Under the pieces are notes generated by a model. It did not search any database and was not told the origin of the DNA. It was given only the letters and a program-made list of their open reading frames with translations. This document shows, piece by piece, positions 38,496-47,571 of a stretch of 64,000 bases of DNA. The DNA is from Trebonia sp. (GTDB lineage Bacteria > Actinomycetota > Actinomycetes > Streptosporangiales > Streptosporangiaceae), in NCBI GenBank assembly GCA_036501515.1, contig DASYAD010000395.1, positions 1,481 through 65,480 of the forward strand, given 5' to 3'. The position numbers and the translations under genes were made by a program. Within the stretch, counting starts at the first letter, position 1; every line of letters starts with the position of its first letter.

Positions 38496-39812
38496 GTGAC
38501 CGATACCGGCCGTTCTCGGCCAGCTCCGGCAGATTCCGGCCCGCCGTCCGCCGCGACCCGCGCCTCCGTCAGGCGGACGCGGATCGCGGAGGCCCTCAGG
38601 CCGCTGGCCAGCCGCCCCTACCGGCTGATGTGGGCGGGCTCCGCCACTTCCGCGCTCGGCGACGCCGTGGTCCAGGTAGCGCTGATCTTCGCGATCTTCC
38701 ACATCGGCGGAACGGCGTCCGACATCGGCGTCGTCCTGGCGGTGAAGACCGTCGCACGGGTCGCTTTCCTGCTAGTCGGCGGTGTGTGGGCGGACCGGCT
38801 GCGGCGGCAGTACGTGATGGTGGCCGCCGACGGCGTGCGCGGGGTCGTGCAGGCGGCCCTTGCGGTCCTGCTTGTCAGCGGGCACGCGCGAATCTGGGAA
38901 CTCTGTGCGGGGGCAGCGCTGTACGGGGTGGCGGCCTCCTTCTTCAATCCCGCCTCGACCGCCCTCGTCCCCGAGACGGTGCTGGCCGAGCAGCTGCAGC
39001 AGGCCAACAGCCTGCTCGGGCTGCCGCAGGGGTTCTTCAACGTGGCCGGCCCCGCTGCCGCCGGAGTACTGATCGCGGCCTTCGGGCCAGGCTGGCTGTT
39101 CGCCGCCGACGCCGCTTCTTTCTTCGTCAGCCTGGCCTGCCTGGCACTGCTGCGCGTCCCGCCCCGCCCGCTGCCCGCCCCCCGTCCGTTCGTGGCCGAC
39201 CTTGCCGAGGGCTGGCACGAGCTCGCCGTGCGCCCCTGGTACTGGCTCAGCCTGCTCGCCCATGCCTGCGCCAACTTCACCATCCCGGCCTTGTTCGTGC
39301 TCGGCCCCGTCATCGCCGCCCGCTCGCTTGGCGGCGCTGCGGCCTGGGGCGTCCTGTCCGCGGCATGGGGGGCCGGGGCGGTCGCCGGAGGCATCGCCGG
39401 GCTGCGGGTCAAGCCGCGGCGGCCGCTGGTTGCCACCGACCTGCTCATGACCGGGCTTGCCCTGCCTCTGCTAGCGCTGGCGTTCTCGCGCTCGGTGGCG
39501 CTCATCGCCGCGACGGAGGCAGTGTTCGGCTTCACGATGATGGTGGGCAACAGCGTGTGGTACACCGCCGTGCAGGAGTTGATCCCGGACAAAGTCCGCG
39601 CGCGGACGGGCGCCTACGACTCGTTCGTGTCGCTGGTCATCATGCCGGTCGGCTGGCTGGTCATGGGTCCGCTGTCGGCGTCGGTCGGCCTCACCCCGAC
39701 GCTGGTCGCCGCGGCCGCCTTCGCGTCGGTACCGTGCGTCATGGTCGCACTCGTGCCGCGCGTCAGGGCCGTGCGCCGGACGTCGGCCGGAGACATCGTC
39801 GCGGATGCGTAG
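38496..39812 (+). CDS. MFS transporter (MFS_3-type exporter)
   Basis: GGVWADRLRRQ motif A, about 12 hydrophobic segments; divergent from ArsR gene. Confidence 0.88.
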   Translation: MTDTGRSRPAPADSGPPSAATRASVRRTRIAEALRPLASRPYRLMWAGSATSALGDAVVQVALIFAIFHIGGTASDIGVVLAVKTVARVAFLLVGGVWADRLRRQYVMVAADGVRGVVQAALAVLLVSGHARIWELCAGAALYGVAASFFNPASTALVPETVLAEQLQQANSLLGLPQGFFNVAGPAAAGVLIAAFGPGWLFAADAASFFVSLACLALLRVPPRPLPAPRPFVADLAEGWHELAVRPWYWLSLLAHACANFTIPALFVLGPVIAARSLGGAAAWGVLSAAWGAGAVAGGIAGLRVKPRRPLVATDLLMTGLALPLLALAFSRSVALIAATEAVFGFTMMVGNSVWYTAVQELIPDKVRARTGAYDSFVSLVIMPVGWLVMGPLSASVGLTPTLVAAAAFASVPCVMVALVPRVRAVRRTSAGDIVADA

Positions 39813-39860
39813 CCGCCTGGTCCCGCAGATGCGGGACCAACGGCAGTCAGCCCGGAGATA

Positions 39861-39960
39861 TCACCCCGCGACGCGGTTAGTGACGAGCTTCGCTTCGAGG
39901 TAGTCACGCGGTCCTTCGACGCCCAGTTCCCGGCCGACGCCGTATCGAATGACCCCGTCG
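39861..39960 (-). pseudogene. aldehyde dehydrogenase C-terminal remnant
   Basis: DGVIRYGVGRELGVEGPRDYLEAKLVT resembles the ALDH tail GGxKxSGxGRELGxEGLxxYxExK. Confidence 0.7.
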
Positions 39961-40018
39961 GTCAGCGTCAAGAGCGGTCCGCCGGTGCCCCGGACAAGCT
40001 CAGGGCGCCGGACTAAGC

Positions 40019-40109
40019 ATGTTCGCTCAGCGAACATCCGGTCGTCTATTGACACACGCCGGAAACAAGATCTACCGTACTGGTCAGATACGTGTACGCC
40101 TGACGAACT
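40019..40109 (+). promoter_or_regulatory. operator-promoter-operator module B driving the SDR-ALDH-aldolase operon
   Basis: TGTTCGCTCAGCGAACA (40020-40036), TTGACA 40049-40054, N18, TACCGT 40073-40078, TGTACGCCTGACGAACT (40093-40109). Confidence 0.8.
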
Positions 40110-40178
40110 TGTGGGCGATATTCGCAACAAATCTCGGCCCTCACGTCGCTACGCCAGCTGACCAGGAGAAAAAGACTT

Positions 40179-40943
40179 ATGTTCGAGGACCTTAACGGGA
40201 AAGTCGCGATCGTCACCGGGGCCGGGCGCGGCATCGGCCTGGCCTACGCCACCGCGTTCGCCGAGGCCGGCCTGAAGGTTGTGCTGTCCGACATCCTGGA
40301 AGAAGAAGGCGAGAAGGCCGCCGCCGGGCTGCGCGAGGCCGGCCACGAGGCCATCTTCGTCAGAGCCGACGTGAGCGACCCCGACTCGACCGCGAACCTG
40401 GCCAAGCAGACGGCGGAGGCCTACGGCGGCATCGACATCCTGGTGAACAACGCCGGGATCTGGGGCGACCTCCAGTTCGCGTCGATCTTCGACATATCCC
40501 CTGAACGCTGGGACAAGTCGTTCTCCGTGAACGTCAAGGGTGTCTGGCTGGCCGCTATCGCCGCCGCCCCCTACATGCGCGACCGGCCGGGTGCCACCGT
40601 GATCAACCAGGCGTCGACCGCCGCCTACATGGTGACACCGCGTACCGCCGACTACACCGCGGGCAAGGCCGCGGTCATCGCGCTGACCAAGGTGATGGCC
40701 AAGGGAATGGCCGGGTACGGGATCCGGGTGAACGGGATCGCCCCCGGCGGTATCGCCACCGAGGCGTCGCTGAACAAGTCGGCCAACCTGTTCGCCGAGG
40801 CGAACATCGCCCAGCAGTGTGTCAAGCGGGCGGGGCAGCCGTCCGACCTCATCGGCCCGCTGATGTTCCTGGCCAGCGAGGCCTCGGCGTACATGTCCGG
40901 TCAGGTGCTTGTCGTCGACGGCGGCAAGACCATGCCGGCCTGA
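40179..40943 (+). CDS. short-chain dehydrogenase/reductase
   Basis: TGAGRGIG, NNAG, YTAGK, RVNGIAPG. Confidence 0.95.
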   Translation: MFEDLNGKVAIVTGAGRGIGLAYATAFAEAGLKVVLSDILEEEGEKAAAGLREAGHEAIFVRADVSDPDSTANLAKQTAEAYGGIDILVNNAGIWGDLQFASIFDISPERWDKSFSVNVKGVWLAAIAAAPYMRDRPGATVINQASTAAYMVTPRTADYTAGKAAVIALTKVMAKGMAGYGIRVNGIAPGGIATEASLNKSANLFAEANIAQQCVKRAGQPSDLIGPLMFLASEASAYMSGQVLVVDGGKTMPA

Positions 40944-40958
40944 CGCGGGCGGGGAGAC

Positions 40959-41573
40959 ATGACGAGCACAGAAACGAGCCCAGGAACGAACACGGAAACG
41001 GCCGCGGAAACCGGTAACAGCCACGCCGGCCAGCTCTACATCGGCGGCCGGCGGGTGACGGCCGAGTCGACGGCGCGGATCGAGGTCACCTCGCCGCTGA
41101 CCGGGCAGGTGATCGGGTCGGTCCCCGCGCCGACGGAAGGCGAGGCGGACGCGGCCGTCGCGGCCGCCCGCGCCTGCTTTGACGCCGGGGAGTGGCGGCG
41201 CACCTCCACCGCCGCCGGACGCAGCATCGCCGCCGTGTGCGGCGCCGCCCTGCGCCGCTGCACCCTGGAACTGGGCGGCAAGTCAGCCGCCGTTATCTGC
41301 GACGACGCCGACCTGGACCAGGTCCTGGCGGGGCTGCGGACCGCGTCGTTCAACTACGGCCTGGCGGGCTCGGTCTGGTCGGCCGACCTGGCCCGCGGCG
41401 AGGCGATCGCCCGGCAGGTCCGCACGGGCATGATCGGCGTGAACGGCTTCCGGCCGGACTTCTCGATGCCGTTCGGCGGCATCAAGGCCTCCGGCATCGG
41501 GCGCGAGTTCGGCCGCGAGGGGCTGGAGACGTATACCGAGGCCAAGGCGCTCTACCGGCCGGTGCCCGCGTGA
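40959..41573 (+). pseudogene. internally deleted aldehyde dehydrogenase (204-aa open frame)
   Basis: ALDH N-terminus joined to STAAGR..LELGGKS..ASFN, joined to YGLAGSVW..PFGGIKASG; catalytic Cys and PWN motif missing. Confidence 0.85.
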
Positions 41574-42058
41574 CCGGCGCGGGCTCACGGGCCAGGCCGG
41601 TGCCCGCGCGGTACGACCGCCCGTTCTGGGACGGCCTGCGCGAGCACCGGCTGATGCTGCCCTACTGTGACGGCTGCGCCGCCTACTGGTACCCGCCCGC
41701 ACCCCGCTGCCCGCGCTGTCTCAGCGCGACCGCGGCCTGGCGGGAGGTCCCCGGCCGGGGCACGCTGCATTCCTGGGCGACGGCCGAGCGCCCGTTCGCA
41801 CCCGGGCTTAGCACGCCGTACACGGTCGTCCAGGTGGAGCTCGACGTCCAGCCGGGACTGCTGCTCGACTCGACCCTGGCCGATCCGACCACGGCCGATC
41901 CGACCCGGGCCGATTCCACACCGCGCCCGCCGCTGCGCCTGGGCCTGCCGGTCACCGCCGTCTACCTGGACGACCCGCGCGGATTCACCGTCCACGCCTT
42001 CACGCCCGCCGCGCCGACCGGGGCAACGCCCGCCGCGCCGACCGGGACACCGGCATGA
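41570..42058 (+). CDS. Zn-ribbon/OB-fold DUF35 (ChsH2-like) protein
   Basis: PFWDGL..CDGC..PP..CPRC..GRGTLHSW..PY; GTGA overlap upstream, ATGA overlap downstream. Confidence 0.88.
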   Translation: MTGAGSRARPVPARYDRPFWDGLREHRLMLPYCDGCAAYWYPPAPRCPRCLSATAAWREVPGRGTLHSWATAERPFAPGLSTPYTVVQVELDVQPGLLLDSTLADPTTADPTRADSTPRPPLRLGLPVTAVYLDDPRGFTVHAFTPAAPTGATPAAPTGTPA

Positions 42059-43515
42059 CGGCCGGTCCCGGCGGCACCCGCCCGCGCCACATCCCCATGC
42101 TGATCGGCGGCGAGCCCGTCACCGGCCGCGCGGTCTTCGAGGTGCGCGACCCGGGCCGCACCAGCGACGTGGTCGCCCTGGCCGAGGAAGGCGGGCCCGA
42201 GCACGCCGACGCCGCGGTCGCCGCGGCCGCGCGGGCCGCCGCGGGCTGGCGTAACACCGATTCCCCTGAACGAGGGCTGGTACTCGCCGAGGCCGCCGAC
42301 CTCGCCGAGTCGGCCGCGGAACGGCTCGCGCCCTTGCTGTCGCGGGAGAACGGCGGCACGCTACGGGAGTCCACCATGGACCTGCTGCGCGGCACCGCCC
42401 TGCTGCGCGATTTCGTGGCGCTGGCGCCGGGCTTCCTCGCGCCGCGCACTGCGGACACACCGGAGCACTGGCTGTCGGTCGAGAAAGCCCCGGTCGGGGT
42501 GACGGCCCTGATCGTGCCGTGGAACTCGCCGGTCGTGCTGACCGTGTCCAAGCTCGCGCCGGCCCTCCTGGCGGGGAACACCGTCGTGGTCAAGCCGTCG
42601 GTGCTGGCGCCCGCGGCCCTCACCGAGTACCTGCGGCTGCTGGCGGACCTGCTGCCGCCGGGCGTGCTGAACGTGGTCCAGGGCGACGCCGAGGCCGGCC
42701 AGGCGCTGGTCGCCCACCCGGACGTGCGGAAGGTTTCCTTCACCGGCAGCGTCGCCGTCGGCCAGCAGATCATGGCCGCCGCCGCCGGGAACCTGAAGAA
42801 GGTCAGCCTCGAACTCGGCGGCAACGACGCGGCCGTCGTGCTCGACGACGCGGACTTCGACGCGGCCGTGCCGCGGCTGTGCCAGGGCGCCTTCACCAGG
42901 GCGGGCCAGATCTGCTTCGCGGTCAAGCGGGTCTACGTGCCGCAGCGCCGCTTCGCGGAGTTCTACGAGCAGCTGTGCGCCGTCGCCGACGGCTACCGGG
43001 TCGGCTACGGGCTCGACGAGCAGACCACGTTCGGGCCGCTGATCAGCGGCCGCGAGCTCACCCGGGTACGCGGCCTCGCGGACCGGGCCAGGGCCGCCGG
43101 CGGCCAGGTCCGCGAGCTTGGCCGGGCCACCGACGCGGTCGACTGGGACGGCGGTCACTACCTGCGCCCGGCCGTCGTCCGAGGCCTGGCACCGGACGCG
43201 GAACTGGTGGCCGTCGAGCAGTTCGGCCCCCTCCTTCCGGTGCTGCCTTACCGGGACGACGACGAGGCGGTCGCGCTGGCCAACGGCACCGAGTACGGCC
43301 TGGCGTCCTCGGTCTGGGGGACCGACACCGACCGGGCCGTCGCCGTCGCCCGCCGGATCGAGGCAGGCGCGACGTTCGTCAACAGTCACAACGTGTCCTC
43401 GCTGTCCTTCGACATGCCGTTCGGCGGGGTCAAGCGCAGCGGCCTGGGACGCGAGCGGACCGCCCTCGGGCTGCAGGAGTACGTCGAAGACCACGCGATC
43501 CGCCTGGTCAAGTGA
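42055..43515 (+). CDS. aldehyde dehydrogenase
   Basis: IVPWN, FTGS, LELGGND, GQIC, EQFGP, PFGGVKRSG. Confidence 0.95.
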   Translation: MTAGPGGTRPRHIPMLIGGEPVTGRAVFEVRDPGRTSDVVALAEEGGPEHADAAVAAAARAAAGWRNTDSPERGLVLAEAADLAESAAERLAPLLSRENGGTLRESTMDLLRGTALLRDFVALAPGFLAPRTADTPEHWLSVEKAPVGVTALIVPWNSPVVLTVSKLAPALLAGNTVVVKPSVLAPAALTEYLRLLADLLPPGVLNVVQGDAEAGQALVAHPDVRKVSFTGSVAVGQQIMAAAAGNLKKVSLELGGNDAAVVLDDADFDAAVPRLCQGAFTRAGQICFAVKRVYVPQRRFAEFYEQLCAVADGYRVGYGLDEQTTFGPLISGRELTRVRGLADRARAAGGQVRELGRATDAVDWDGGHYLRPAVVRGLAPDAELVAVEQFGPLLPVLPYRDDDEAVALANGTEYGLASSVWGTDTDRAVAVARRIEAGATFVNSHNVSSLSFDMPFGGVKRSGLGRERTALGLQEYVEDHAIRLVK

Positions 43516-43543
43516 CCAGCACGCCAGCATCGGCAGGAGCGAC

Positions 43544-44050
43544 ATGAACGACAAGGCAGACCCCCTGGCCGGGTTCCGCGCGACGGTGAAGGCGCAGCGG
43601 ACGCCGCTGCCGCGGCCGCCGGAGACCGACGACCTCGTCGTCAGGGAGAAGGACCTAGTCTGGTACGACCCGGCTGACAACCCGACCAGGCTCGCGCCCG
43701 TCCTGGGCACCGCGGTCAAGAGCTTCGAGCTGTTCCTGCAGGACTTCGCGCCCGGCGGCTCCTCGGACATGCAGCGCCATCACCACGAGGCGGTGCACTA
43801 CGTGCTCGCGGGCAGCGGGTACAGCGAGATCGGCGACCGGCGCTACCCCTGGGCGGCGGGCGACTTCGTGAGCGTCCCGCCGATGATGTGGCACCGGCAC
43901 TACAACGGCAGCGAGACCGAGCCGGTGCGGATGCTCATCATCGAGAACTCCAAGCTGCTTGAGGCGCTCGGGCTTAACTACCGCACCTCGGTCGGCCTCA
44001 AGACCTGGGCCGAGATGGCCGACGAAGCCAGCGGGGAGAACGGCCGATGA
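43544..44050 (+). CDS. cupin domain protein (gentisate/hydroxynaphthoate dioxygenase-like single cupin)
   Basis: QRHHHEAVHYVLAGSGYS, GDFVSVPPMMWHRHYN. Confidence 0.8.
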   Translation: MNDKADPLAGFRATVKAQRTPLPRPPETDDLVVREKDLVWYDPADNPTRLAPVLGTAVKSFELFLQDFAPGGSSDMQRHHHEAVHYVLAGSGYSEIGDRRYPWAAGDFVSVPPMMWHRHYNGSETEPVRMLIIENSKLLEALGLNYRTSVGLKTWAEMADEASGENGR

Positions 44051-45051
44051 CCGGGCCCCGCGTCAGCCTGGCCGACGTCCGCGGCGTCTTCGCGATCATG
44101 CCGACGCCGGCCCTCCCAGGCGCCGACGACCCGGCGCCCGGTGACCTGGCGCACGACACCGTCGACCACGCGGAGACCGCCCGCGCCGTCCGGGCGCTGA
44201 TCGGTGACGGCGTCGACGCCGTGCTGACCACCGGGACGTTCGGCGAGTGCGCCACCTTGACCTGGCCGGAGCTGCGCGGCTTCGCCGAGACCGCCGTCGC
44301 GGCCGCGGCCGGCCGGGTCCCGGTGTTCGCCGGCGCCACCACGCTGAATACCCGCGACACCATCGAACGGGCCCGGGTGCTGCGCGACCTGGGCGTGAGC
44401 GGCCTGCTGCTCGGCCGGCCGATGTGGTGCTATCTCAGCGACCAGGACATCGTGGCCTTCTACACCGCGGTCGCCAGGGCCGTCCCCGAGCTGGCGATCA
44501 TCGTCTACGACAACCCCGAGGCGTTCAAGGGCAAGATCAGCAGTGCCGCCTACCGTGAGCTGGCCGCCCTGCCGCAGGTCATCGCGGCCAAGTACCCGAC
44601 CCTGGGCCCGTCCCTGGCCGACGACCTGGCCGCGATGGACGGCCGGATGCGGATCCTCCCGGTGGACCGCGACTGGTTCGCCGCCTGGGAAAAGGCACCG
44701 GAGGAGAGCACCGCGTGCTGGAGCGGCAGCGCCTCCTGCGGGCCGCGGCCGCATACCGAGCTGGCCCGGCGCATCGCCGCGGGCGACGCCGACGGGGCCC
44801 GCGCGCTCACCGCGGAGTTCCTCGAGGCCGCGCGGGGGTTCCTGCCGCAGGGGCAGTTTTCGCTGTTCGCGCAGTACAACATCCAGCTCGAGAAGATCCG
44901 CATCGACGAGGCCGGCTACATCAAGGCCGGGCCGTCCCGGCCGCCCTACCTGAGCTGCCCGCCCGACTACGCCGACGGCGCCCGCGCCTCAGGCCGCCGG
45001 TTCGCCGCCCTCGACGCGAAGTACCGCCAGCAGGCAGGGGCGCGGTCATGA
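44047..45051 (+). CDS. DHDPS-family hydratase-aldolase, NahE/PhdJ-like
   Basis: GTFGECATLTW, GRPMW, YDNPEAFK, AKY, YNIQLEK, AGPSRPPY. Confidence 0.85.
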   Translation: MTGPRVSLADVRGVFAIMPTPALPGADDPAPGDLAHDTVDHAETARAVRALIGDGVDAVLTTGTFGECATLTWPELRGFAETAVAAAAGRVPVFAGATTLNTRDTIERARVLRDLGVSGLLLGRPMWCYLSDQDIVAFYTAVARAVPELAIIVYDNPEAFKGKISSAAYRELAALPQVIAAKYPTLGPSLADDLAAMDGRMRILPVDRDWFAAWEKAPEESTACWSGSASCGPRPHTELARRIAAGDADGARALTAEFLEAARGFLPQGQFSLFAQYNIQLEKIRIDEAGYIKAGPSRPPYLSCPPDYADGARASGRRFAALDAKYRQQAGARS

Positions 45052-45692
45052 CCGGCCCCGCGCTCGCGTCCGAGCTGGCCGACAAGTTCCTCGTCCTCGA
45101 ACTGGCCCAGCGCGAGCGGCGGGCCAGGGACGACAAAGACTGGCCGCTGATGCTGGACTGCTACCACCCCGAGGCGCGGATCTTCCTGTCCTGGATCGAC
45201 GGCACGGCCGGGCAGTTTACCGCCGCGTCGCAGCGCATGGCGGAGCGGCCAGGCGGCCACGCGCTGCACCAGAACGGCTTCACCCTCGTCCAGCTGAACG
45301 GGGACCGGGCGCTTGCCGACACCCCCTGCGCGATCTTGATGCGCCGCCTGTTCGACGGCGTCGAGTGCGACATGACCGCCTACTGCCGGCACCGTTCCCG
45401 GGTCGAGCGCCGCGACGGCCGCTGGCGGCTGCTGTCGCTGGTCGGCGTCTACGAGAAGAACACCCTGGTCCCGGTCCTGCCGGGGACGGCGCCGAAGCTG
45501 GACGAGCAGCGGCTGGCGGGCTACCGCCCCAGCTACGACTTCCAGTGCTACCACCGTGAGCAGGAGGGCGGCACCGCGAACGCCGACCGGCCGGGACTCG
45601 ACCGGCCTGACCTGGTGGCGGCGCTTGACGCGGCCGACCGGGCCTGGCTGTCCGGCCAGGACGTGCCGCTCGGGGTCGGTGACGTCCGATGA
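45048..45692 (+). CDS. NTF2/SnoaL-like protein
   Basis: RERRARDDKDW..CYHPEA..NGDRA..RRDGRWR. Confidence 0.8.
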   Translation: MTGPALASELADKFLVLELAQRERRARDDKDWPLMLDCYHPEARIFLSWIDGTAGQFTAASQRMAERPGGHALHQNGFTLVQLNGDRALADTPCAILMRRLFDGVECDMTAYCRHRSRVERRDGRWRLLSLVGVYEKNTLVPVLPGTAPKLDEQRLAGYRPSYDFQCYHREQEGGTANADRPGLDRPDLVAALDAADRAWLSGQDVPLGVGDVR

Positions 45693-46810
45693 GCACCCGC
45701 ACCACGGCCGCGCTGGCCGTGCCGGGCGAGCAGGGCTACCGGGTCACCGAGATCGTCGTCGGCGACCCGCTGGAGCACGAGGTGCTGGTCCGCGTCGTCG
45801 CGGCGGGGATGTGCCACACGGACGCCACCGTCAAGGACCGCTGGTCGAGCCCGTCGCTGCCACCGATCGTGCTCGGTCACGAGGGAGCCGGCGTGGTGGA
45901 GGCGGCCGGCCGCGCGGTGCGCGGCATCGCCCCTGGCGACAACGTCCTGGTCACCTTCAGCTCCTGCGGCACCTGCGCTTCCTGCCGCACCGGGCACCCG
46001 TCCTACTGCGGCCGCTTCAACGACCTCAACATGAACGCGGCCGGGACTCCGCGCGCGGACGGCACCTCGGGCCTGACCCTGCCCGACGGGACCCGGCTTG
46101 CGGGCGGGTTCTTCGGCCAGTCGTCGTTCGCCGGGTACGCGCTCGCCAACGACCGCAACGTGCTGGTGGTCGACGCGGCGACCGAGGACGACCTGGCGGG
46201 TCTGGCGCCGTTCGGCTGCGGCATCCAGACGGGCGCGGGCGCCGTGTTCAACGAGGCGCGGCCGCAGCCGGGGCAGGCGGTGGCCGTGTTCGGGGCCGGC
46301 GCCGTCGGGCTGGCCGCGGTGCTGGCGGCGGCGCTCACCCCGGCCGCGCTGATCATCGCGGTCGACGTCGTGCCCGCCCGGCTTGACCTGGCCCGCGAGC
46401 TGGGCGCCACGCACACCGTCAACGGCGCCGAGGAAGACATCGGGGCGGCGCTGGCCAAGATCACCGGCGGCGCGGGCGTGGATGCGGGCATCGAGACGAC
46501 CGGGGTGCCCGTCGTCCAGCGGGCCGCGGTCGACGCGCTCGCCTACCGGGGCACCCTGCAGGTGATCGGAGCCCAGTTCGGCGCCGACTTCGCCACCCCC
46601 GCGACGGGGCTGCTCAAGGGACGGGCGGTGCACGGCGTCGTCGAGGGCGGCAGCGACATCTACACGTTCCTGCCAGCCCTGATCGGCCTGTACCGGGCCG
46701 GCCGCTTTCCCGTCGACAGGCTGGTCAGGCAGTACCCGCTTGACCAGATCGACCAGGCGGCGGCGGACTCGCACCACGGCAGCACGGTGAAGCCGGTGCT
46801 GCGCCTGTGA
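45689..46810 (+). CDS. Zn-dependent aryl-alcohol dehydrogenase (XylB-like)
   Basis: GMCHTD, GHEGAG, FFGQSSFA, GCGIQTGAGAV, KPVLR. Confidence 0.9.
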   Translation: MSTRTTAALAVPGEQGYRVTEIVVGDPLEHEVLVRVVAAGMCHTDATVKDRWSSPSLPPIVLGHEGAGVVEAAGRAVRGIAPGDNVLVTFSSCGTCASCRTGHPSYCGRFNDLNMNAAGTPRADGTSGLTLPDGTRLAGGFFGQSSFAGYALANDRNVLVVDAATEDDLAGLAPFGCGIQTGAGAVFNEARPQPGQAVAVFGAGAVGLAAVLAAALTPAALIIAVDVVPARLDLARELGATHTVNGAEEDIGAALAKITGGAGVDAGIETTGVPVVQRAAVDALAYRGTLQVIGAQFGADFATPATGLLKGRAVHGVVEGGSDIYTFLPALIGLYRAGRFPVDRLVRQYPLDQIDQAAADSHHGSTVKPVLRL

Positions 46811-46860
46811 GCAGGCGGCGTGCCGGGACGGGCCTGGCAGCCGCGCGGACCGCGCCGCGG

Positions 46861-47541
46861 CTAGGCGCTGGCCTGCCCGTCCCTGGCCGCGGCGATCAGC
46901 TGGTCGGAGGTGCGGGTGATGTGCACCGTCATCAGGGCGCAGGCCTTCGCCGAGTCCCTGACGAGGACCGCGTCCATGACTTCGCGGTGCTCGTCGGCGC
47001 GGTCGCGCAGGCCGCCTGGCGGCCGCAGCCACGACCGGTAGACCTCGGCCGTGTCGAACAGCGACTGGCGCAGCTCAAGCAGCCGGGGCGAGGCCGAAGC
47101 GGCGCAGAGCGCGGCGTGGAACGCGGCGTGCGCCTCGGTCCACTCGGCGAAGCCGCCGGGATCGGCCGCCGGGTCGACGACCGGCGCCTTGGACAGGGCG
47201 TGATGCGCGGCGACCACGCTGGCCTCCCACCGGGTGTCGCCGCGGACCATCGACCGGCGCAGGCAGGCCTCTTCGATCTGCACGCGCGCGAGCATCAGGT
47301 CCTCGAGCGCGTCGACCGACAGCGGGATCGTGGCGAAGCCGCGGTTGCGCTCGGCCCGCAGCAGTCCCTGTTCCGCCAGCCGGGTGAGCGCCTCGCGGGC
47401 CACGCTGAGGCCCGCGCCGTACTTCTCGCACAGCGCCGCGATCGGCAGCCGCTGGCCGGGGCCGTAGACGCCCGACATCAGGTCTCTGCGGATCCGGTCG
47501 TAGGTGAGCCCGTCGGAAGGCGCCCGATCGCCAGCTGTCAC
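46861..47541 (-). CDS. GntR family regulator (FCD domain)
   Basis: PGQRL..REALTRLAEQGL..NRGF; FHAAL, EHREV. Confidence 0.9.
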   Translation of the reverse strand: MTAGDRAPSDGLTYDRIRRDLMSGVYGPGQRLPIAALCEKYGAGLSVAREALTRLAEQGLLRAERNRGFATIPLSVDALEDLMLARVQIEEACLRRSMVRGDTRWEASVVAAHHALSKAPVVDPAADPGGFAEWTEAHAAFHAALCAASASPRLLELRQSLFDTAEVYRSWLRPPGGLRDRADEHREVMDAVLVRDSAKACALMTVHITRTSDQLIAAARDGQASA

Positions 47542-47571
47542 TTCTTCCTCAGCCCGTCCCCAGCGTTCTCG

